NCBI RefSeq assembly: GCF_009914755.1
Contig: NC_060928.1
Length of the DNA stretch: 64,000 nt
Direction: 5' to 3' (one strand)
Source: the human T2T-CHM13v2.0 reference genome, Homo sapiens
Made by a program: the position numbers and the translations under genes. The notes below the pieces were generated by a model. That model was not told where the DNA came from and searched no databases. It was given only the letters and a program-made list of their open reading frames with translations. Below are positions 47,793 to 64,000 of the stretch, in pieces (within the stretch, counting starts at the first letter, position 1; each line of letters opens with the position of its first letter).

Positions 47793-48209
47793 AAAAAGGC
47801 AGATCAACAGGAAAATTTAAGAGGCTGAGACTTCAGTCCGTAGTAAGAAAAGAGATATTTTCCTTGATTCGTTTGACACATGTAGGTAAGTGAATCACCT
47901 GCTTTTTAAGGTCTTTTATAATAATCTCATAAGCTAGGTTTTCCTGGTTTCAAAAAACACTTCCTCTAGCTTCAAGTTCATCAGATTCAGAACCATATCA
48001 CCATTCTCCTAGGATGCTCAAACAGGAGAATTCTCAGATCCCAGAGTTGTTGTTTATAAACTCTAACTTAATAAATATTAGGCTAGGCACAGTGGCTCAT
48101 CCATGTAATTAATCTCAGTGCTTTGGGAGGCAGAGATGGGAGGATCACTTAAGCCCAGGGGTTCAAGGCTGCATTGAGTTATGATCACACCACTCACTCA
48201 ACAGAGTGA

Positions 48210-48353
<144 letters not shown>

Positions 48354-48937
48354 TGAGCAGCTGAGATTACAGGCACGCGCCACCACGCCTGGCTAATTTT
48401 TGTATTTTTATTATAGACAGGGTTTTACCATGTTGGCCAGGCTGTAAAAATCTTTTTTTAAAAAAGAAATATTGGATTTAAAGAATAGGTGTCAGCCATG
48501 TTGTAAGTGCAAATTTGGCAATATACAACTCTAAATGGTTACTCATGAGGCATGTGCTAATTGTAGGTCATCCTATTAATGAAAACCAAAACAAAAATTT
48601 TTCACAGGTGGCTTACAGGCCTTTGAGAGTGTGTCTGTGCCCCTCATGAGTTCCAGGGACCCCATTTTGAGAACCAATGAGAATTCTTTTCATAGGATTA
48701 TTTACTCATGCATTGCATTTATATTGAGATCTTGCCCCAAATGTTATCAGTCTTCTAGTGAAAACAATATCTGATAGATTTAAATATAAGTAAAACAAAA
48801 AAGTTTTTGTTAAAATAACAATAAGAATAGTGGAAATAAGTGAAGCATAGGAATCATGCTAGGAAATTAGGGTCCTTGACACCATTACCTGTTTCAAACT
48901 CTGGTTTGATGGGGAGTGTTTTTCCTTCAGAACTCTA

Positions 48938-49324
<387 letters not shown>

Positions 49325-49836
49325 TTATTTTTAACAGAGGCCAGGGTACATTGAAGCTAGTAATTAGTCAGCAAATTATTTTCTTTTTAATTGTTGCCAT
49401 CAGCTAGTTGCTCTCTGCTCAAAGTGCAGAAATAAACTTTAGCACTTTATATTACAGGGTGGTGACAGCAGTCCATTAATTAAAGACAACTCTTGATTTG
49501 AACAGACTTTTAGCTTGTGAACTTGTAGAATAAAAGAGTTCAAGACTAATTCTGGGAAAAATTTGTTCTCTTTATCAATCTACTTATTTTTATCCTGCTT
49601 TAGTAAAGGGAGGGTATGCCTCTTAATAACATTTAAGAAACTGATAAGTTTCTAGTTTGGGCAGCCTGTCTAAATAGTTAATTCACAGCTGCATTTTGTT
49701 TTTTTTTTTTATCTAATTTTTAAGTTTTTTAGGCCAGGCATGGTGGCTCATGCCTGTAATCCCAGCACTTTGGGAGTATTGCTTGAGTTCAGGAGTTTGA
49801 GATCAGTGTGGGCAACATAGTGAAACTCTGTCTTTA

Positions 49837-50025
<189 letters not shown>

Positions 50026-50816
50026 TTAAAGATTTTTATTTTCCCTGAACTGTTAATAATACTTTAAGGACCAAAGACAGAAAAGTCAATCTCTATGACT
50101 TTTCTAATCACGAATGTCTCTTGGTGGTGTGTGATTATACCATTAGAGATTTATAAATCATGCTCGATGTCACCAAATCATCAGGACATTATGTATATGC
50201 CTATGTGTATGTGTGCACGTGTGTGTGTAGATGTGGTTGCAATACTCTCTCTAAAGAGGTGAGAGCCTTACCCACTCAGGTAGGGTTAGAAGGCTAGATA
50301 TTGTATCAGCATCTAGATAAAATGTTGCTATCATCCAGAAAATTCTAATATAAAGCCAAATTTAAAAAGCCTGTTAAAGGTTTTCATGGTTATAATAATA
50401 ATAATAATTCTAAAATCAGAGAAATATTCTGGGTGGATATTATTGGGGATAATGTAGCTAAAACTTCCTGAGGAAGAAGCCTCTCCCTGAGTGAGTATTT
50501 TTTTTTAGTGGAAACTTTTAACAACATTTTTATCATCTTTCCATTTTATTCTCCTTCATCACCTTTCTTCACTTCCCAGAGGTGTCAAAGTCTATGGTGG
50601 AGTTTTTGGTCCTAGTATTATCCTGGCAACACAGGGTACTTGGCCCTCAAATTCCTTCTCTAATCTTTCCTTAAAAGAAAGAAGGAAAGAAGGAAAGAAA
50701 GAAGAAAAGAAAAGAAAGGAAGGAAGGAAAGAAAAGGAAAAACTTACTTCTTCATGGGAATCGGCTACTGGGGCTCAGAACACAATACCCCAAACTAAGG
50801 GCATGCTGAGTAATGG

Positions 50817-52311
<1,495 letters not shown>

Positions 52312-52514
52312 CCAGAAGCAAGGTCTTTCTGACTTTCCCCAATTCTCCTGTCTCCCCACTCTGCCTGTCTTTCTCCCCGGAAGCAATTCCTCTTTTCCAA
52401 GGTGGGTCATAGACACTAGAACCTCTCTGCCCCAAAGCAAGCCATAAAACCTAGAACATTCACTCTCTATTTCTTTGCCTTTCTTCCTTGAACACCATTA
52501 TTCCAGAGGGATTC

Positions 52515-53058
52515 TGTGAGAGGCATTTGAACCAGAGCAACTCCATCTTGAATAGGGGCTAGGTAAAATGAGGCTGAGACTTATTTATGGACTGCATTCC
52601 CAGATGGTTAGGCATTCTAAGTCACAGGATGAGACAGAAGGTCAGCACAAGGTCGTGAAGACCTTGCTGATAAAACAGGTTGCAGTAAAGAAGCCGGCTA
52701 AAAGACACCAAAACCAGGATGGCAACAATAGTGAGCTCTGGTCATTCTCACTGCTACACTCCCACCAGCACCGTGACAATTTACAAATGACATGGCAACA
52801 TCAGGAAGTTACCCTATATGGTCTGAAAAGGGGAGGCATGAATAATCCACTCCTTGTTTAGCATATCATCAAGAAATAACCATAAAAATGGGCAACCAGA
52901 AGCTCTCAGGGTTGCTGTGTCTATGGAGTTGCCATTCTTTTATTCCTTTACTTTCCTAATAACTTGCTTTCACTTTACGGACTCATCCTGAATTCTTTCT
53001 TGCATGAGATCCAGGAACCCTCTCTTGGGGTCTGGATCTGGACTCCTTTCCTGTAACA
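52515..53058 (+). mobile_element. Solo MER41A-type LTR
   Basis: TGTGAGAGGCATTTGAACCAGAGCAACTCCATCTTGAATAGG...CCTGTAACA; lacks the tandem GAS segment between GGGAGG and CATGAATAATCC. Confidence 0.82.
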
Positions 53059-53552
53059 GTCCTGCCTTACCTGGGAGGAAAGAATGCTACACAGAGAGGC
53101 CAAGAAGAATCTGAATGGACAGGCCTTGCTGGGTGTCTGCCCTCAGTCTATTACCATTAGGCTATAGCCTTTTGTCCAATCACAGTTCTACATACCTGTC
53201 CATTCTTCATCGAAGTGAAGCATAAAAATAGACAGTTTTCCTTGGGGCTTGAGGTCTTCATTTCTGAAGGCGCCTATGTCGTGTTAAACTTTGATTAAAT
53301 AAATTTGTCGTTCTTTTCTCTTGTTAACCTGTCTTTTGTTATAGGGCTGTTGGCTGTGACCCTGGTGATGAGTGAGGAAAGGTATCACACCTTTCCTTAC
53401 GAATACTGAAAATCTAAAGCTTTGTAGTGTTGGGGTATTAGAAGTCCCAGGGGAAGAGGTTCTGATTAACTGGCACTAACTGAAGTTTATCAACAGTTAA
53501 ATTCAAATGCCTACTGAAAGAGGCTGGACAGGTGATGAAAAGCAGAAAGTAA

Positions 53553-53828
<276 letters not shown>

Positions 53829-54015
53829 TGAACCCCTGACCTCAGGTGATCCACCCACCTCAGCCTCCCAAAGTGCTGGGATTACAGGTGTGAGCCACTG
53901 CTTGATATAAGAGATATGTCAATGCCAGGGTGATGACAAAAGACCGTGGAAGAGATGGAGAGGGGACACACTGAAGAGGTTACGTTCTGCAGACATGTGA
54001 GCTCAGGGTTGCCTG

Positions 54016-54980
<965 letters not shown>

Positions 54981-54996
54981 CCTGATTTTAGAATAA

Positions 54997-55350
<354 letters not shown>

Positions 55351-55432
55351 TGAGCCTGGCCATTTATTTATTGAAACAGGGTGTTGCTCTGTTGCCCAGG
55401 CTGGTGTGTGGTGACATGATCATGGCTTACTG

Positions 55433-56132
55433 TGTAATCACCTAACAGGTTCTTCCTGTGGGCTGCACAGACAAAATCAATTCACTGTGACCATGACATT
55501 GTAGTAAGGAAAGAGTTTAATTGACATAAGGCTGGCCACACCACATAGGGAGATGGAGTTATTACTCAAATCAATCTCCCTGACAATTCAGAGGCTAGGG
55601 TCTTTCAGGGATAGTTTGGTGCACAGTGGGCTAAGGGAATGGGTGCTGCTGATTGGTTGGAGAAGCAATCATAGGGCTGTGGACAATGGTCCTTGCACAC
55701 TGAGTCTGCTTCTGGGTAGGGGCTACAGGACCAGTTGAACTAAGAGTTGAGGGTCTGGGTGGAGCCATCTAGTTCTCAGAAATGCAAAAGTCTAAAGAGA
55801 TGTCCCAAAAGGCCAATCTTAGGTTCTGAAATAGTGAATTGGAGAAGTTGCGAGTCTTGTGACCTCCAGAATAATGGCTGGTAATTGTTTAAGCCCACAT
55901 TTTAGCAGAATTCGGGCCCCTGTCATCCTTCTAACCTGCTGGACTTTCTTTAGTTTTAGAAAGGCAGTTTAGTTTTGGGAAGGGTTACTATCATTTAAAC
56001 TACAAATTTCTCCCAAAGTTAGCTTGGTGTGCACCCAAGAATAAGCAAGGATAGCTTGGAGGTTAGAAGCAAGATGGAGTCAACTATGTCAGATTTCTCT
56101 TACTGTCATAATTTTGCAATGGCAATTTTTCA
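55433..56132 (-). mobile_element. Solo LTR8(A)-type LTR inserted inside an AluJ
   Basis: Minus-strand start TGAAAAATTGCCATTGCAAAATTATGACAGTAAGAGAAATCTGAC; TSD ACTG at 55429-55432 and 56133-56136. Confidence 0.8.
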
Positions 56133-56699
56133 ACTGCACCCTCTATCTCCCAGGCTCAAGCAATCCTCTCACCCCAGCCTCCTGAGTAGTGGGGACTACA
56201 AGTGTATAACACTTGGCCTGGCTAATTTTTAAAATTTAGTTTTTGTAGAGATGGGGTCTCACTGTGTTGCCCAGGCTGGTCCAAACTCCTGGGCTCAAGC
56301 AATCTTCCCACCTCAGCCTCTCAAAGTGCTGGGATTGCAGGTGGGAAACACTGCCCAGCCAACTCAAAGTTTTTAGAGAACATTTTATGAGACCTTTGTA
56401 AAGGGCATCTGGCCTGTGGTTCTCTGGCTTGTGACTGCTGATTTACATATAACCAGTATATAAATGAGTTGGGAAGAGGAGAGCCTGGGCTTTCTCTTCA
56501 GAGGTTTCTCTTCACCTGTGTACCCACTCCTTCAAGCTTCATACTTGCCCCTGTGAGACCCTCCATTCAATTCAGCAAGTGTGTAATGACAACATCGTTT
56601 GCCCTGGGATGAAAATTCTCACCTCTAGCTCTCACTACTACTTTGAAGACTTGATATAGTAGGTTCAGGTATCAGATACTATGACAGTGGTTCCAATAA

Positions 56700-57393
<694 letters not shown>

Positions 57394-57539
57394 GTAGATC
57401 CAAGGATTAGGCTTTAAGCCTAAGAAAAGCCTAAGAAAAAGTTGGATGTATCAATCAATATTATCCTTGAAAAGTTCCCTAGAAATTCGCCATCATGGTG
57501 ACCATTTTAGACGACCTCTCACCATGTTAGTTTTCCTTC

Positions 57540-58040
57540 TGAAACTGCCTTTTGCAAAAATTATGACAGTAAAAAAAAATCTGACATAGAAAAATTATGA
57601 CAGTGAAAGAAATCTGACCTAACTGACTCCTTCTTGCCTTTAACCTCCAAGCTGCCCTTGTCCATTCCTGGGTGTAGGCCAAGCTAACTACAGGAGGAAT
57701 TTAGCTTATCATTTAACTTTGAAACAAAGACGATAGCTGGGATAACAAAGGTTCAAGCGATTCTCCTACCTCATCCTCCTGAGTAGCTGGAATTACAGGT
57801 GCCTGCCACTATGCCTGGCTAAATTTTGTATTTTTAGTAGAGATTGTGTTTCACCATGTTGGCCAGGCTGCTCTCAAACTCCTGATCTCAGGTGATCCGC
57901 CCACCTTGACCTTCCAAAGTGCAGGGATTACAGGTGTGAGCCACCGCACCTGGCCTAAACTCTCTATTGCAATTCTCTTGTCTTAATAAATTGGCTTTAT
58001 TTGGGCAGTGGGCAAGAAGAATCTGTTGGGCAGTTATGCT
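57540..58040 (+). mobile_element. LTR8-type LTR whose centre is replaced by a partial Alu
   Basis: TGAAACTGCCTTTTGCAAAAATTATGACAG start; LTR8 3' end aaactctctattgcaatt...gttgggcagtta. Confidence 0.65.
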
Positions 58041-58869
58041 TCCATTATTGGAATAGATTCATTACTTCTTGGACTGAGCACAAATGAAGTACTTATGTGG
58101 CTTTTAGGGCTGAGCAGTTTGAAAATATAAACTATAGCTTTAAACACTAGGATTGCACTCCATGGAGAAAATGTTCACATTTTGAGAGACCTTCCCCCAG
58201 GAACTGAGAGTTCTAGAAGGAAAAGCACATTTATATTCCCCATTTCAAAAAGGTCTCCGAGTGGAATGACCACTATTTTAATTTTTGTTATTTACATTAT
58301 TTTAGTCATATAATTTAATTCACATATGTTAAATAGGGCACAGGGTATTAGGCAATTCCACTGTAAATAATGTACCTCCAAGTGGCATTATTTTTTGTTG
58401 GATACTTACTTTCATGTAATCCAGCATTTTTCCAAGTGTAGCCCAGCTACTCCTGGAAGGCTTCGCCACCTTTCAGGGGGACTGGGCACTGTGGCTCATC
58501 CCTGTAATCCCAACATTTTGGGAAGTTGAGGCAGCAGGATTGCTTGAGCCTGGAAGTTCAATACCAGCCTGGGAATAAAGAAACTCCATTTGTACAGAAA
58601 AATTAAAAATTTAGCTGGGTATGGTGGTGTGCATCTGTAGTCCAGCTACTCTGGAGGCTGAAGTGGGAGGATCGTTTGAGACCAGTAGGTTAAGGCTGTA
58701 GTGAGCTGTGGTCATGCTACTGTGCTCCAGCCTGGGTGACAAAGTGAGACCCTGTCTGGAAAACAAAAATCTTTCAGAGGGTCCATGAGGTCAAAACTAT
58801 CTTTTTTTTTTTTTAATACTGAGATGTTATTTTCCTTTTTTAGCCTCATTCTCTCATACATGGGATTTA

Positions 58870-60985
<2,116 letters not shown>

Positions 60986-61235
60986 GATGGATCCCTGACC
61001 TGTGAAGTGAGGGATGTGGATGAGAACAGGAGACAGGTGTGTGTGTATGTGCGCTGGGGGAAGCACTGGGATGTGACCAAAGACCCAGAGAAGAAGAAAC
61101 CCTGCATAAAACAGAAGGTGGGAAAGATTTTTTTTGGCATGTGATGAAAATTGGGTTGGATGCAGACTGTGGAATGCTTCCAGATCTAACCTAAGATGTT
61201 CAGTATTTCAGCTTTAACTTCTGGCTATTAGAGAG

Positions 61236-61972
<737 letters not shown>

Positions 61973-62633
61973 GAAGTTGCTGCTGGCTTTAAACAAGGGT
62001 GTGTCAAGAAGTGAAATTCTGTGCAGGTGGAAAAGGGGTAGAATAACAGGCAGAAAGGTATGATGAATGCTGTAGCTTCTGATATCAAGCAATGAGTTCA
62101 CAGTGGGAAAATTCATCTAATACACAAACCAAGGCAGGATATAATGAAAGCTCAAGAAATGTGTGAAATAAAACCAGAGAAAAGAAAGATTTTATAAAGA
62201 TACTGGAGATAAGCAATGCAACTTGTCTGTTGAATAAAGTACTTCAAAAGTCTGCTTCACCCCCAGACTTCTGAGTTCTACCATACCTTTTAAATTGAAC
62301 GAATAGTCTTTGTTTGGCTTCAGCTATGACGTATTATTTGCCATAGGCTTCTATTCATGACAATATTGACAACTGCTCAAAGTTTTTTAGCCTAAATTCT
62401 GTTCACATTGGCCACAATTGCTGTAAAAGCAGAGGCTTGAAGAAGACTTGAATAACACAATGAGTTAACAGGTAAGGGCAGCTGTTTGGAATCAATTATT
62501 TTTGCTTTGATATCCATACACTTAGCTGGACCTCAATGGGTTTTTTTTTTGCTTTTTATACAGGGTCTTCTTCTGTTGCCCAGGCTGGAGTGCAGTAGGG
62601 TACATGTCGTCAGGACCTCCTGAGGCTGTCATG

Positions 62634-62664
<31 letters not shown>

Positions 62665-62849
62665 TGTATACACACACACACATACACGTAGCCTATAATC
62701 CTAGCACTTTGGGAGGCCGAGGCAGGTGATCTCCCCGCTATGGATATGACCTTATTTGGAAAAAGGGTCTTTGCAGATTAAGGCAAGAAAAAGATGGAGA
62801 GTTTTTGCCCTTGCACCAGGCTGCCTGCTGATCTCTGCATAGAGCTTTG

Positions 62850-63345
62850 CATATATACAGTATGTATATATATACAGTATACTATATGTATATACACACT
62901 TATATATACACTATATATGTGTATATATACATACATACTATACATACAGTATATATACAATGTATGTATATATACTGTATGTATATACTGTATATATAGT
63001 ATACGTGTGTACATATAATATATATAATATGTGTGTATTATATATGTATATATGTATATGTGTATATATACACACACTCCTGTATATATATATACATACA
63101 CACCTGTACATACATATATATGTAGAGATCAGCTGTTTGTGTGTATATATATATACACACATATATATACATATGTGTATATATATGCATATATATACAC
63201 ATATATACACATATGTATGTATATATATGTGTACATATACACACAGGTGTGTAAGTGTATATATATACAGGTGTGTATATATATTCATAGTTACGGGTGT
63301 TAGGACTTGGACATATCTTTTGGGGAGGCATGTATATATATACAT
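62850..63345. repeat. (TA)n/(TATG/TACA)n low-complexity tract
   Basis: Alternating TA/CA/TG dinucleotide mosaic. Confidence 0.9.
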
Positions 63346-63491
63346 GCCTGGATTAATAGGTAAAAAAACAGGATTATGGATAAATTCATTACTAAGCATT
63401 GACTATCAACTACCATTTAATACATACTCTCCAATCCCAATAACAACCTCTGCAGGTAGGTGTTATTATCCTCATTTTACAGAGATGGTAA

Positions 63492-63935
63492 TTATAACGG
63501 GTTGAATTGCACCTTCCCCAAAAGGTATGTCCAAGTCCTAACACCCCTAACTATGGATATGACCTTATTTGGAAAAAGGGTCTTTGCAGATTAAGTTTAA
63601 TTCAGGGAAGAATCTCAAGATTAGATCATCCTGGATGAGGGTGGGCCCTAAATCCAGAATAATGTGTCTTTGTAAAAGAAAAGATGGGAAGAAGAGACAG
63701 GAAGGTCATGTGAAGACTGAGGCAGAGATGTGTGTGCTGCCACAAACCAAAGAATGCTGGGATCCACCAGAAGCTGGAAGATTCTCCTCTACAGTTTTTG
63801 GAGGGAGTGTGACCTTACAGACAGACACCTTGATTTCACACTTCTGGTCTCCAGAACTGAGAGAATCAATTTCTGTTGTGTTAAGTCCTTAAATTTGTGG
63901 TGATTTGTGAAGGCATCCCTAGGAAACAAATACAG
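63492..63935 (+). mobile_element. MLT1A/B-type MaLR LTR
   Basis: gggttgaattg...ccccaaaaggtatgtccaagtccta...gaccttatttggaaa...ccagaactgagagaat...ctaggaaacaaataca. Confidence 0.75.
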
Positions 63936-64000
63936 TAAGTAAAGGGGGTCTTGACTTCAGGGACGGAGAAAGTAGGTTCCTACCTAGGTTTAAGTCTCAA

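Noticed and set aside
62778-63505. Y/I/C/V-rich ORFs of up to 181 aa
   Set aside because: Translations of the TA/CA microsatellite mosaic.

Overview
Primate (almost certainly human) genomic DNA, very rich in Alu and LTR elements. Bases 1-15.2 kb hold the 5' half of ABRAXAS1 (FAM175A, BRCA1-A complex) on the minus strand: five coding exons with canonical GT-AG junctions and a CpG-island promoter. An antisense processed SLC25A14 (UCP5) pseudogene lies in intron 2. The remaining ~48 kb upstream is intergenic. It contains an RPL30 processed pseudogene, many Alus, solo LTRs (LTR6-, MER51-, LTR26-, MER41A-, LTR8-, MER57-, MER34/39-like), HERV-L relics and L1 fragments. The most unusual element is a 5.6-kb HERV-Fb/HERVH48 (MER48 LTR, tRNA-Phe PBS) sequence at 35033-40607. 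It is built like an RNA copy rather than a provirus: R-U5...U3-R-poly(A), a 17-bp TSD and a TT/AAGA endonuclease site, which points to L1-mediated retrotransposition. A patchwork of locally templated fragments at 62.5-63.6 kb and several datable nested insertions also stand out. I found no evidence for a novel protein-coding system. Repeat family names come from recalled consensus sequences, not a database search, and many repeat boundaries are approximate.
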